Source: an uncultured Actinomycetota bacterium
Lineage (GTDB): Bacteria > Actinomycetota > Aquicultoria > CAYFWW01
Direction: 5' to 3'
NCBI GenBank assembly: GCA_964346985.1
Contig: CAYFWW010000013.1
Coordinates: 3,465 to 67,464, forward strand
Length of the DNA stretch: 64,000 nt
Shown: positions 45,281 to 55,515 of the stretch, one piece after another
Layout of the letters: each line of letters starts with the position of its first letter
Numbering within the stretch: the first letter of the stretch is position 1
Program-made: the position numbers and the translations under genes
The notes under the pieces: generated by a model
The model's database searches: none
What the model was told of the DNA's origin: nothing
The model's input: only the letters and a program-made list of their open reading frames with translations

Positions 45281-46666
45281 ATGAATTTGAATGATAAAAT
45301 AGCAATAATAATGGTGAACTTGATGAAGAAAGGATTTGGAAATTTAAAGTTCTTTTTCTTAATCCTAATTTTCTTGGTTTTGATTTCCAATATAGCTTGT
45401 GAAACTCCAGAGACAAAAGAACCCACAAAGAAAGAAGCGATTGATGAAACTCAGGAAACAGGAAAAGTATTCGAATCTAGAAATTTTGCAATTCCTGAAG
45501 TATGTGGATCATGTCATGATGAAATATACAATCAATGGCAAGGTTCGATTCACAACAAAGCTTATGAAGATGAAATCTATTTAAAAATCTTTGAAATAGG
45601 CAGTAAAGAAACTAAAGGAAAAATAGATGAATTTTGTATTGCCTGTCATTCTCCCATTGCTTTTATTACAAAAGAAATTCCGCCGTTTATTGGAAGAAAT
45701 ATAAGTGAAATCTCAAAGAAGGGTATTCAGTGTGATTTTTGCCATACTGTAGATAAAGCCTTGGGCATTGGAAATTACCAGTACCATTCAATGCCTGGAA
45801 AAATTAAGAGAGGCCCTTTTAAGGATTCTGTTACTCCAATTCATGAAACAGCATATTCAGAGCTTCACACAAAATCAGAATTTTGCGGTATGTGTCACGA
45901 TGTTAATCATCCTGAGAATGGGTTACCTCTTGAAGCTACTTATTCCGAATGGAAAAAGGGTCCTTATTCGAAAGAAGGTGTTCAATGCCAGGATTGTCAT
46001 ATGACTCCGGGCCCAGGAGTAACTAAACCAAATCCTGGAAAAGCTGCCTGGAATGGTCCTGACCGGGAACATATTTTTACCCACTATTTTGTAGGCGGAA
46101 ACGCCGTCTTGGCAAAAAGATATGGTTCAGATCTTCATAGCCAAAAAGCAATAGAACGCTTGAAACATGCAGCTTCGATTAAAGTATCACCTACCGGGCC
46201 TTTAGCAATTGGCCAGGCTAATATAGTTGAGGTCAGAATAACCAATAAAGGAGCTGGCCATTATATACCAACTGGAATTACAGAGCTACGGGAAATGTGG
46301 ATTGAGTTGATTGTTACAGATGGTAACGGCAAAGAAATATATCATGAAGGAGCTATTGATATAAACGGAGATATAGATTCCAAGGCTGTCGTCTTTAATA
46401 CAAAAATTGCTGATAAGAAAGGAAAAGAGACACATAAAGTTTGGGAAGCGGAGAAAATAATATATGACAAAAGAATTCCACCTAAAGAAACTGTAACCGA
46501 AAAAAGGACTTTTAATATTCCAGCGGGGAGTGCAAAACCCATAAAAGTAACGGCTTTTCTTAAATATAGATCTATTAACCAGCATTTTGTTGACGAACTT
46601 TTAGGCAAAGGCAAAATCGATATCCCAGAGATCGTGATGACAAAACACTCAACCTTATTAAAATAA
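45281..46666 (+). CDS. Pentahaem c-type cytochrome, probable lipoprotein
   Basis: Five CxxCH motifs (CGSCH, CIACH, CDFCH, CGMCH, CQDCH). N-terminal signal with a lipobox-like LISNIAC. Confidence 0.75.
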   Translation: MNLNDKIAIIMVNLMKKGFGNLKFFFLILIFLVLISNIACETPETKEPTKKEAIDETQETGKVFESRNFAIPEVCGSCHDEIYNQWQGSIHNKAYEDEIYLKIFEIGSKETKGKIDEFCIACHSPIAFITKEIPPFIGRNISEISKKGIQCDFCHTVDKALGIGNYQYHSMPGKIKRGPFKDSVTPIHETAYSELHTKSEFCGMCHDVNHPENGLPLEATYSEWKKGPYSKEGVQCQDCHMTPGPGVTKPNPGKAAWNGPDREHIFTHYFVGGNAVLAKRYGSDLHSQKAIERLKHAASIKVSPTGPLAIGQANIVEVRITNKGAGHYIPTGITELREMWIELIVTDGNGKEIYHEGAIDINGDIDSKAVVFNTKIADKKGKETHKVWEAEKIIYDKRIPPKETVTEKRTFNIPAGSAKPIKVTAFLKYRSINQHFVDELLGKGKIDIPEIVMTKHSTLLK

Positions 46667-46730
46667 TAGGTTATAATGAGCTTTCAAATTAATCTAAAAT
46701 TATTTTAGTTATTTTCGGAGGTGAATATAG

Positions 46731-46955
46731 ATGGCTATAAAAGAGAAAGTGAAATTAGCATTAAATAAAATTAGACCTATGCTTCAAGCAGATGGTGGAG
46801 ATATAGAACTTTTAGATATTTCTGATGGTATTGTCAAGGTTCGTCTAACAGGTGCTTGCATAGGTTGTCCAATGTCTCAGATGACGCTTAAAAATGGAGT
46901 TGAAAGAATTTTAAAAGAAGAAGTTCCAGAGGTAAAAGAAGTTGTTGCCGAATAA
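46731..46955 (+). CDS. NifU-like (Nfu C-terminal domain) Fe-S cluster protein
   Basis: LQADGGDIELLDISDGIVKVRLTGACIGCPMSQ. Confidence 0.8.
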   Translation: MAIKEKVKLALNKIRPMLQADGGDIELLDISDGIVKVRLTGACIGCPMSQMTLKNGVERILKEEVPEVKEVVAE

Positions 46956-46964
46956 ATAGGGGGA

Positions 46965-47423
46965 ATGGTAATGACCATGGACAAAATTCAGCAAATTATC
47001 GAGTTTGCTATAACTAAAGAAAGAGAGACAGCTGCCTTTTATCGTGAAAGCGCAGAACTTGTTCAAAGTTTTACTGGAAAAGAGCTTTTTTTTGAAATGG
47101 CTGAACAGGAAGACGAGCATCAACTAAAGATTAACAATTTAGATTTAGAAGATTTACATTTTGATTTAAGAGAAGATGTTCCGGATTTAAAGATTGCTGA
47201 AAATTTGCCCAACTTAAAGATAAGTGCTGATATGGACTATCAGCAAATACTAACTGTAGCTATAAAAAATGAAGAATACTCCCATTCTTTATATAATGGT
47301 TTAGCCAAACATAACCAAGATCCTCTAATAAAAGATTTATTCATCTGGCTGGCGAGAGAAGAAGCTAAGCACAAACTTAATCTTGAAGAATTATATGAGC
47401 GCGAGATTATGACGGAAAATTAG
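46965..47423 (+). CDS. Ferritin-like/rubrerythrin-family diiron protein
   Basis: ExxH-type pairs (EQEDEH.., REEAKHKL) in a four-helix-bundle pattern. Confidence 0.55.
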   Translation: MVMTMDKIQQIIEFAITKERETAAFYRESAELVQSFTGKELFFEMAEQEDEHQLKINNLDLEDLHFDLREDVPDLKIAENLPNLKISADMDYQQILTVAIKNEEYSHSLYNGLAKHNQDPLIKDLFIWLAREEAKHKLNLEELYEREIMTEN

Positions 47424-47437
47424 ATTATAATAATTTA

Positions 47438-48619
47438 TTATGTTGAAAATCTCTTTATTTGTAAGAGTAAAAGAACTGCTATAGAAGAAAGAAATGCTCC
47501 AAACAGAAAAGCATATGTTGGATTGAAATAATTCCAAATGAAGCCAAATATTAAACTGGCTGGGAAAATTGTAATACCCACAGTAAAATGATATAGACCA
47601 AAAGCAGTTCCCCGGTGTTCAACTTTCACAAGGTCGGAAACCAAGGCCTTTTCAGTTCCTTCAGTTAATGAAAAATATATACCATAAACAGCAAAGAGTA
47701 CCCAAACCTGGTAGCTAAAATTGGCAAAGGCTAATCCAAAATAAACAAAAGAGTAGATTACAAATCCAGCTATTAATATTTTTAACCTACCGTATCGGTC
47801 TGATAGCATTCCACCTGGAGTTGAAAGAATTGACTTGACCAAATGTAGGATTATCCAAAGAAGAGGAATCAAAGTTGTTGTAACACCCAGGTTATTTGCT
47901 CTTAATATTAAAAAAGCATCGCTTGAATTAGAAAGAGTAAATATAAAGAGTACTAATAAATAAAAGCGGAAGCGTGCACCAAAGGGTTTTAAGCTAAGCT
48001 TTATGTATTTTTCTTTCCTATCTTGAGATTGTTTTTTTTCTTTGACAAACAGAAATAAAATAAGCAAACAGATTAAAGCTGGAATTGATGAAAGAAAAAA
48101 CATCAAGCGGAGATTTTGATTTAGTAATGGCAATAATATCAGAGCAATTATAGGACCGACTACTGCTCCAAGGTGATCCATAGCTCTATGAAATCCGAAA
48201 GCAGTGCCTCTATAACTTTGAACAGTGGAGTCGGCAATCAATGCATCGCGTGGAGAGGTTCGTATACCCTTGCCTATCCTGTCTGCCATTCTGATAAATA
48301 ATACTTGCCAAGCAGAACCTGTCAAAGATATTAGAGGTCTAGCCAGAGAAGAAAGGCTGTATCCGATATTAACAAGGGCTTTTCTCTTTCTGACTCGGTC
48401 TGAATAATAACCTGAGATTAGTTTCCAAAGGCTGGAAATACTTTCAGCAAGTCCTTCAATTAACCCAATCAGAATAGTGCTGGCACCTAAAACAGTGGCA
48501 AGGAATATTGGAATTAATGGATAAATCATCTCAGAAGATACATCATTGAAAAAGCTGACAAATCCTAAAGCCAGAACATTTTTATTTATTTTTTGTTTAG
48601 TTTTTTTTCTTTCTGTCAT
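47438..48619 (-). CDS. MFS transporter
   Basis: 12 TM helices; DRxGRR-like motif (SDRYGRLK). Confidence 0.75.
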   Translation of the reverse strand: MTERKKTKQKINKNVLALGFVSFFNDVSSEMIYPLIPIFLATVLGASTILIGLIEGLAESISSLWKLISGYYSDRVRKRKALVNIGYSLSSLARPLISLTGSAWQVLFIRMADRIGKGIRTSPRDALIADSTVQSYRGTAFGFHRAMDHLGAVVGPIIALILLPLLNQNLRLMFFLSSIPALICLLILFLFVKEKKQSQDRKEKYIKLSLKPFGARFRFYLLVLFIFTLSNSSDAFLILRANNLGVTTTLIPLLWIILHLVKSILSTPGGMLSDRYGRLKILIAGFVIYSFVYFGLAFANFSYQVWVLFAVYGIYFSLTEGTEKALVSDLVKVEHRGTAFGLYHFTVGITIFPASLIFGFIWNYFNPTYAFLFGAFLSSIAVLLLLQIKRFST

Positions 48620-48744
48620 TATGAATTTGCATGGCCATATTAAAAAGAGGTTATCATATATTTAATAGACTGATAAAGATATAATTTGATTTGATATATA
48701 TTGGATATAATTAGGTAATTATATTAGTTATTGATAATCGACTA

Positions 48745-49326
48745 TTATTTATAGTATTTGATGGATACTCTTCTGTGCTCACTAGCCTTTGGCTTTTCAT
48801 TTGGGTAACCTACAGCTATGCCGGTTAATATTTCTCTGTCCTTAATATCCAAGAATTCGCATATGTCTTTTTCAACTTCTGGAGGCAAAGTAATCCCGCA
48901 TGCTCCCAAACCTGCTTCGTATATAGATAGAAGAAGGTTCTGTAGTTCTGTTGATGAAAATATAATAAGATATTTCTTATCCCAATCTGTTCTAAGTTTC
49001 TTTGGTATGGTAATTAATATTATTACGGGAGCATTTCCAAGAGTATTGTAATAGTTAAAAGTGTTTTTTTGAATTTTTGGTGGGTAAGCTTGATATATCA
49101 AATCTCTCAGGAGTTCGGTATTTTTGCAGATAAATTCAGCAACTTGATCTCTTTTTTCCTCTTGTAAAACTAGATATTCCCAGTGACGAAAGACTCCGGA
49201 TACAGGTGACCATTTTGCATTTTCAAATATTTTTTCTAAAGTTTTTTTTGAAATTTTATCTTTTTTAAACCTTCTAATAGCTCTTCTATTTTTAATACCA
49301 TCGATTAAATCCAAGACATCCTCCAT
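48745..49326 (-). CDS. Nitroreductase-family protein
   Basis: RRAIRRFKKDKISKKTLEKIFENAKWSPVSG N-terminal FMN-binding signature. Confidence 0.7.
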   Translation of the reverse strand: MEDVLDLIDGIKNRRAIRRFKKDKISKKTLEKIFENAKWSPVSGVFRHWEYLVLQEEKRDQVAEFICKNTELLRDLIYQAYPPKIQKNTFNYYNTLGNAPVIILITIPKKLRTDWDKKYLIIFSSTELQNLLLSIYEAGLGACGITLPPEVEKDICEFLDIKDREILTGIAVGYPNEKPKASEHRRVSIKYYK

Positions 49327-49418
49327 TTATTTATCTAGTTTATCGACTATTTAGGATAATTTCTTAATATGAATATCGGAATAGTTGCCTATTTTCCAGG
49401 TTATATTTTAGTAAAGAT

Positions 49419-49964
49419 TTGTTTATAAAGGCGGTGTTCATTATCACAATTAAGGGTAAAAAAATTGCAGTCTTAATTGGTAAGCAATTTCAAGATGAAG
49501 AAGCTACTGAACCAGTGAAATTTTTACAAAATGAAGGTGCAATCTTAGAATATATAGGTTTAGAGGAAGAAAGACTGATGGGATTATATGGCCGTGAATA
49601 TATTGATGTGGAAAAGACATTTGATCAAGCTAATCCGGATGAATATGATGCTCTTTTAATACCTGGTGGAAGGTCTCCGGCAAATCTACGAAAAGATAAT
49701 AGGCCAGTTGAGTTTGTTAAAAGATTTGCTAACTCTGGAAGGCCTATTGCTGCCATATGCCATGGCCCTCAACTCTTGGAAACAGCAGGTCTATTGGCTA
49801 ATCGAAAAATAACAAGCTATGAAAAGATTCAAAAAGAACTATCTGAAAATACAGGGGCAAGTGTTATCAATGAACCGGTTGTGGTGGATAAAAATTTCAT
49901 AACTTCAAGAAAACCTGAGGATATTAAACTATTTAATCAAGCTATCAGAAATGCTCTAGAGTAA
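49419..49964 (+). CDS. DJ-1/PfpI-family protease/amidase
   Basis: KIAVLIG...AICHGPQLL (nucleophile-elbow Cys-His). Confidence 0.8.
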   Translation: MFIKAVFIITIKGKKIAVLIGKQFQDEEATEPVKFLQNEGAILEYIGLEEERLMGLYGREYIDVEKTFDQANPDEYDALLIPGGRSPANLRKDNRPVEFVKRFANSGRPIAAICHGPQLLETAGLLANRKITSYEKIQKELSENTGASVINEPVVVDKNFITSRKPEDIKLFNQAIRNALE

Positions 49965-50041
49965 ATTTTTGTATCATTAATTAAGCAGGTTTAGTTATTC
50001 AAATTCATATTTATATTTTTAATAATCTAAGACTAGTAAAA

Positions 50042-50401
50042 ATGAATTTTGAAGAGATATTAAAAGAATCTTTTAGAATAGCCTCTATAATAATAGAGGT
50101 TTTTGGTGGATTAATTATTGTCCTTGCAACATTAAGGGCGATTATCAATTATTTTGCCAGGTTTTTTATTAATATATATGAAATAAAAAATTTAGATATC
50201 ATCAGAGTTAAACTTGGAAAGTCCCTAAGTCTTGGCTTAGAATTTTTGATTGCTGCTGATATTTTGATAACCTTGGTATCGCCAACACTTAAAGAAATTG
50301 CTGTTCTGGCATCAATTGTTGGGATACGTTCGGTCTTAAATTTGTTTCTTGAAAGAGAGATTGCAGTACTTTCCAAAGGAATAAACAAAATTCAGGCTTG
50401 A
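50042..50401 (+). CDS. Small membrane protein (DUF1622-like)
   Basis: Two TM helices; IIEVFGGLIIVLATLRAI. Confidence 0.4.
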   Translation: MNFEEILKESFRIASIIIEVFGGLIIVLATLRAIINYFARFFINIYEIKNLDIIRVKLGKSLSLGLEFLIAADILITLVSPTLKEIAVLASIVGIRSVLNLFLEREIAVLSKGINKIQA

Positions 50402-50433
50402 GTTGTCTAATTTAAACTTTCAATGTTTTTTCC

Positions 50434-51486
50434 TTATAGATTAATGTTCGAGGAGAAATATTTATTTCTAAATACAAAAGCAAGATTAACTAGGCTTATC
50501 ATTACGGGAACTTCAATTAGAGGCCCAATAACCGCAGCAAAAGCTTGTCCTGAATTTATTCCAAAAACACCAATAGCAACAGCTATAGCCAGCTCGAAAT
50601 TATTGCTGGCTGCCGTGAAGGCGATAGTTGTTGATTGAGAATAATTAGCTTTAAGTGTTTTGCCCATAAAAAAAGATAAAATAAACATAGTAACAAAATA
50701 GATTAAAAGAGGAATCGCTATTTTAATAACATCAAATGGAAGCTTGACAATATATTCACCTTTTAAAGAAAACATAACTATGATAGTGAACAAAAGAGCT
50801 ATTAAGGTCACGGGGCTGATAATAGGTATAAATGAATTATCATACCAGTTACTTCCTTTTAGTTTTAATAAAGAGAATCTGGTTACTATCCCGCCTATAA
50901 AAGGAATACCTAAGTATATAAATACACTTTGGGCTATTTCTCCCACGGTAATATTAATTACTGAGCTTGAAAGACCGAGGACTCTGGGTAAAAAGGTTAT
51001 GAAAATATAAGCATAGATAGAGTAAAAAAATACTTGAAAAAGTGAATTGAAGGCTACAAGACCTGCAGCATATTCTCTATCTCCAAAAGCTAGGTCATTC
51101 CAGACAATAACCATAGCGATGCATCTGGCCAGGCCGATCATAATCAATCCAACAAAATATTCTGGGTAGTTTTTTAAAAAAATTGCGGCCAGGGCAAACA
51201 TCAGAATTGGACCAATTATCCAATTTTGAATAAGAGAGAGTGATATAAGTTTGAAATCTTTGAATATTCTGCCCATTTCTTCATAATGGACTTTTGCCAG
51301 AGGGGGATACATCATTAAGATTAATCCAAGGGCTATGGGTATTGAAGTAGTGCCTACTTGAAAATAATTTATGATCTTAAGGACTGAAGGGAATAAGAAT
51401 CCAAGGCCAATTCCTAAAGCCATTGCAAGAAAAATCCATATGGTTAGGAAACTATCTAGCAATGCCAGGCTTCTATTATTTTCCAT
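50434..51486 (-). CDS. acr3: Arsenite efflux permease, ACR3 family
   Basis: [29 protein letters not shown], the typical ACR3 N-terminus; 10 TM helices. Confidence 0.8.
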   Translation of the reverse strand: MENNRSLALLDSFLTIWIFLAMALGIGLGFLFPSVLKIINYFQVGTTSIPIALGLILMMYPPLAKVHYEEMGRIFKDFKLISLSLIQNWIIGPILMFALAAIFLKNYPEYFVGLIMIGLARCIAMVIVWNDLAFGDREYAAGLVAFNSLFQVFFYSIYAYIFITFLPRVLGLSSSVINITVGEIAQSVFIYLGIPFIGGIVTRFSLLKLKGSNWYDNSFIPIISPVTLIALLFTIIVMFSLKGEYIVKLPFDVIKIAIPLLIYFVTMFILSFFMGKTLKANYSQSTTIAFTAASNNFELAIAVAIGVFGINSGQAFAAVIGPLIEVPVMISLVNLAFVFRNKYFSSNINL

Positions 51487-51525
51487 GTAAATATAATATC
51501 CATTACTTAAGAGTTATTTAAATTA

Positions 51526-51948
51526 TTATTCTAACGTAAGATCAAATATATCCACAAGAGACTTATATAGCTGATCCCGAGTTTTTATGAAAAAAATGAG
51601 TTTTTCCTGTTCTGTTCCTAGTGCTTGAGCAGGATCTTTAAATGTAAGGTGAATAGTTTTTTCTGCTCTAGGGAAGACAGGGCATGATTCCCGAGCTTCT
51701 TCGCATAAGGTCAGGACAATATCAAACTTCTTATTTTTAAAGGTGTCCAAACTCTTTGAATAGTGACTTGATATATCGATACCAATCTGAGCCATTGCTT
51801 TTATGGCTAGTGGATTTACTTGAGTCGGATTAGATCCTGCTGAGAAAGCAATTGCCCGATCTTTGAAGAAATGATTTACTAAACCTTCGGCCATCTGGCT
51901 CCTACTAGAATTTTCTGTACAGATAAATAGTACTTCGATCTTTTTCAT
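51526..51948 (-). CDS. arsC: Arsenate reductase (LMW-PTP/ArsC, thioredoxin-coupled type)
   Basis: MKKIEVLFICTENSSRSQMAEG (CX5R P-loop). The ORF-track start at 52011 would run through tRNA-Pro; the internal Met at 51948 is used instead. Confidence 0.8.
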   Translation of the reverse strand: MKKIEVLFICTENSSRSQMAEGLVNHFFKDRAIAFSAGSNPTQVNPLAIKAMAQIGIDISSHYSKSLDTFKNKKFDIVLTLCEEARESCPVFPRAEKTIHLTFKDPAQALGTEQEKLIFFIKTRDQLYKSLVDIFDLTLE

Positions 51949-51977
51949 AATATATCCAAAAGTTGATCTTTGATATG

Positions 51978-52052
51978 TCGGGATGGCCGGATTTGAACCG
52001 GCGACCTCCACGTCCCGAACGTGGCGCGCTGACCAAACTGCGCTACATCCCG
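51978..52052 (-). tRNA. tRNA-Pro (anticodon CGG)
   Basis: Minus-strand cloverleaf: acceptor CGGGATG/CATCCCG, anticodon loop TTCGGGA, T-arm GCCGGTTCAAATCCGGC. Confidence 0.85.
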
Positions 52053-52157
52053 TAAATCAATTATCTAATTATATCTGAGAATTATTTTTTTACTAATTTA
52101 TAAGAATTTGGACATGCATAAACTTAAATTTCAAGAATTCTTAAAATTCAATAACAT

Positions 52158-52775
52158 TTATTTTCTTGAGATGATTGTCAAAATCAATCCACCCAATGAC
52201 TTTTTTGTTTTAATAATTTTGAAGCCAGATCTTTTGACTAATATAGGAAGAATTCCGAGGATGTTACTGCGAAAATATTTTGAAAATCTTAATGGCCAGA
52301 CAAGAATTCTTAAAATGATATTATCAGGATGGCTAAAGTCATTTAAAAGAAATATGCCATTTGGTTTTAGTAGACGAAATATTTCATTTAAAGCTTGATT
52401 TTTTACAATGTCAGGCAGGTGGTGGAATACTTCAAAAGAATATATTAAATCAAATTTATGGTCATTAAATGGTAGTTTCTCAGCCAGGGCAATAATAAAA
52501 TCTATATTGCTTTCCGACATATAAATCTTTTTTTCAGCAATGGCAATCATCTGGGGTGAAGCATCAATACCAATTATCTTAGCATTTGGATAAAGTTCTG
52601 AAACGATAATTGCTACTGTTCCGGTTCCACAACCAAGGTCAAGGATATTTTTATCTTTTTCTATATTTATTGTCTCAAATGTCTGGCGGTAAAAATTTGA
52701 TAAATTTGGAATTAAACTTAATGATGAATCATAATATTTAGAAAAACGTATTATCTTTCTGCCTTTTGTTTTCAT
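52158..52775 (-). CDS. Class I SAM-dependent methyltransferase
   Basis: ILDLGCGTGTVAI..IGIDAS motif I. Confidence 0.75.
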   Translation of the reverse strand: MKTKGRKIIRFSKYYDSSLSLIPNLSNFYRQTFETINIEKDKNILDLGCGTGTVAIIVSELYPNAKIIGIDASPQMIAIAEKKIYMSESNIDFIIALAEKLPFNDHKFDLIYSFEVFHHLPDIVKNQALNEIFRLLKPNGIFLLNDFSHPDNIILRILVWPLRFSKYFRSNILGILPILVKRSGFKIIKTKKSLGGLILTIISRK

Positions 52776-52783
52776 GTACTGTT

Positions 52784-53605
52784 TTAATCAACCCTTTTCT
52801 GAGGAAAAAATATTTTATTGACAAGTGCTCCAAACAGCAAGATCTGAGATGAAGTAAAAATCCAGATTAATAGGACTATTAAGATCCATAATGAGCCATA
52901 AAGTTTTTCTAAAACTGTGAAATTATCCAGGTACCATAAGAATATATACTTTGTTGACTCCCATATAAATCCAGCGATAATTGCACCAGAAATAACATTT
53001 TTAAATTTCATTTTTTTATTTGGCACAAGGTAGTAAATAAGTAGAAAGATAGAGACTGTCAGAAATAAAGCTAATAAATATGTAAATACTTTATTTGTAA
53101 AAAGGATTAATGACTGACTAATAGAAGGGAAAAAATTTATAAGGTTGCTGATATTTGTAATATATAAGGACAAAGAAAAAGAAGAGATAAATAAGACAGC
53201 AAAGATAATGATTATAAGAAAAGCAGTAAGTTTATGTATTATAAAATGTTTAGGTTGTTTAATGTGATAGATATTGTTTAATGCAAATTCTATTGCCGAA
53301 AATATACTGGTGCTTACCCATAAAAGTGCAGCCAGCCCTAGGATACCTATACTCTGGCGTCCGGCAATTACAGCTTTGATATTTGATTCGGCGAAATTAT
53401 AAATCAATGGTATCTGGTTTTTAACAAAAATTAATACGTTTTTTTGAATTTCTTCGGACTGCAAGATAAAACCCAAAAAAGAAAAACCAAATAAAGTCAA
53501 AGGAAGAATGGTAAGCATTGCATAGAATGATATGGCTGCTGCTAAAAAAGGAATCTTATGTTCATAATATTCTCTGTATATTTTAAGAATTATTTCTTTT
53601 CCCAC
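52784..53605 (-). CDS. YihY/BrkB-family membrane protein
   Basis: IPFLAAAISFYAMLTILPL..; 6 TM helices. Confidence 0.7.
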   Translation of the reverse strand: MGKEIILKIYREYYEHKIPFLAAAISFYAMLTILPLTLFGFSFLGFILQSEEIQKNVLIFVKNQIPLIYNFAESNIKAVIAGRQSIGILGLAALLWVSTSIFSAIEFALNNIYHIKQPKHFIIHKLTAFLIIIIFAVLFISSFSLSLYITNISNLINFFPSISQSLILFTNKVFTYLLALFLTVSIFLLIYYLVPNKKMKFKNVISGAIIAGFIWESTKYIFLWYLDNFTVLEKLYGSLWILIVLLIWIFTSSQILLFGALVNKIFFPQKRVD

Positions 53606-53772
53606 GGTAAAAATAATTTTTATGATATTAATTGCTTATCTTATCAGATGTCGTTATTTCAAGTATTTTAGAATTAAAAAGAATGTTATATTAAACCAGT
53701 AAAAATATTTAGCTTGACAATATTAAATTATTAGGTTAGACTAAATTAATTATTGTATTAGGAGTTGTTATT

Positions 53773-54618
53773 ATGGTTTCAGGTCTATTAATTACATTAA
53801 GAGAAGGAATTGAAGCTGCATTAATAATAAGTATTGTTTTAGCTTATCTGGTTAAGACTAAAAATTTAAAATTAAAAAAGTATATTTGGAACGGAGCTTA
53901 TTCTGCCATAGTTTTAAGTATTTTATTGGGTCTGATTATATCTTTTTCCTTTTCTGGGTTGAAAGGAAGATCTGAAGAGATTTTTGAGGGCTTGGTTATG
54001 CTTACGGCTACTATGGTCTTGACTTATATGATTATATGGATGAAGAAACAGAGTAAAACTATTAAAAAGAATCTTGAAAGAAAAGTTAGTAAAGCATTAG
54101 TTCTTAGCTCGGGAACTGCTCTTTTTCTCTTGTCATTTACTGCAATTTTTAGGGAGGGAATCGAGACAGTTCTATTTTTAATTTCAGCAATGAGTACTTC
54201 ATCTGCAGGTAGTGTATTGATCGGAAGCTTAATTGGTTTTTCCATTGCTATTATAATTGGTGTTTTTATATACAAGGGCAGCAGAAGAATAAATTTAAAG
54301 GTATTCTTTAATGTTACGGGTTTAGCTTTGATACTTTTTGCAGCTGGGCTTCTGGCAAATGGTATTCATGAATTGCAGGAGGCATCGATTATCCCAATAT
54401 ATATTAATCATGTATGGGATATTAATGGTTTTATTAATGAAAAAGGCTTCTTTGGCAGTATACTTAAGTCTATATTCGGATATAACGGCAATCCATCACT
54501 TCTAGAGGTAGTTACTTACTTTCTTTATTTACCCACGGCTATTTTCTATTTTTTTAAGAGTTCTCAGGGAAAGAAAGATTTTTTTGGTAAATACAAAGAA
54601 ATACCCCAAAAAGTATAA
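53773..54618 (+). CDS. FTR1/EfeU-family high-affinity iron permease
   Basis: Two REGxE motifs (REGIEAAL, REGIETVL) in TM helices. Confidence 0.8.
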   Translation: MVSGLLITLREGIEAALIISIVLAYLVKTKNLKLKKYIWNGAYSAIVLSILLGLIISFSFSGLKGRSEEIFEGLVMLTATMVLTYMIIWMKKQSKTIKKNLERKVSKALVLSSGTALFLLSFTAIFREGIETVLFLISAMSTSSAGSVLIGSLIGFSIAIIIGVFIYKGSRRINLKVFFNVTGLALILFAAGLLANGIHELQEASIIPIYINHVWDINGFINEKGFFGSILKSIFGYNGNPSLLEVVTYFLYLPTAIFYFFKSSQGKKDFFGKYKEIPQKV

Positions 54619-54623
54619 TTGTT

Positions 54624-55334
54624 TTATTTTTTCTTGTTGAAAAGTTTTCCCCGGCGAAGCCTCGTTTTCGAGGCTTTCTTCTTTTTCTTGCCTATTCTAA
54701 CGAAAATATCTTTAGCAATTTCACGATCTACTGCAATTTGGGTTTCACCAACTTGAAAAACATATGATGGAAACTTTTGGATTAGTTGAATATCCATTCC
54801 GGGGAGTACACCTGTTGCCATAAGTTTCTGGAGATTGCTTGAGTTTTGAGTAAGGACGTAAGCTATTTCACCAACCTGGTTTGTATCAAGTTCGGTCAAA
54901 GAAATAACCACTGGCCCAGCTTTTGCACTGTATTCCCGGCAACAATCACCTGGCGGAATTGGTTTTCCATGTGGGCAAACTTTTGGATGGCCTAATAATA
55001 TACAAATGTTATCATCTATTCCTTCATGCAGGAAATGCTCAAAATGACAAGCCCGGTCTTCAATGATTTCATGATCTGTATCCAGGACATCAGTCATTAA
55101 CCGCTCAGCAAGACGGTGGCGCCGGACAATATTTTTAGCTTCATTCCTTCCTAGGTTTGTTAAGGATAATCGTTTTTCATGTACTGATATCAAATTGGAA
55201 TCGAGCATCTCATTTATTACTTCATCAGCGTTATCAATATTAAATGATTCAATCGATAATGATCTTTTTTCACCCTCTTCAGTATTAAGCCATAGTAATT
55301 CTAAGACTTCTTCTGCACTTTCACTTATTTTCAT
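54624..55334 (-). CDS. DtxR/MntR-family metal-dependent repressor fused to a C-terminal FeoA (SH3-like) domain
   Basis: wHTH region, a dimerisation/metal-binding region with RRHRLAERLMTDVL and ..CHFEH, then a FeoA-like LTELDTNQVGEIAYV..GVLPGMDIQLI..VGETQIAV. Confidence 0.7.
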   Translation of the reverse strand: MKISESAEEVLELLWLNTEEGEKRSLSIESFNIDNADEVINEMLDSNLISVHEKRLSLTNLGRNEAKNIVRRHRLAERLMTDVLDTDHEIIEDRACHFEHFLHEGIDDNICILLGHPKVCPHGKPIPPGDCCREYSAKAGPVVISLTELDTNQVGEIAYVLTQNSSNLQKLMATGVLPGMDIQLIQKFPSYVFQVGETQIAVDREIAKDIFVRIGKKKKKASKTRLRRGKLFNKKK

Positions 55335-55515
55335 TAGTAGCCATCCTTTTTTCTTTCAATTTTTTTAATATTTCAGGAGTCGGAAAATTATCATATCCAC
55401 AATTAGGGCAGCGGACCAAATGACATCCTTTATGGAGAGGGCAACCCTCACAGGCGGGTATAGATTCATCTAATTTAAATTTATGTCCGCATAGAGAACA
55501 TTTTAAATAATGCAT
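55321..55515 (-). CDS. Small cysteine-rich zinc-ribbon protein in the feo operon
   Basis: CSLCGH..CEGCPLHKGCHLVRCPNCG. Confidence 0.5.
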   Translation of the reverse strand: MHYLKCSLCGHKFKLDESIPACEGCPLHKGCHLVRCPNCGYDNFPTPEILKKLKEKRMATNENK

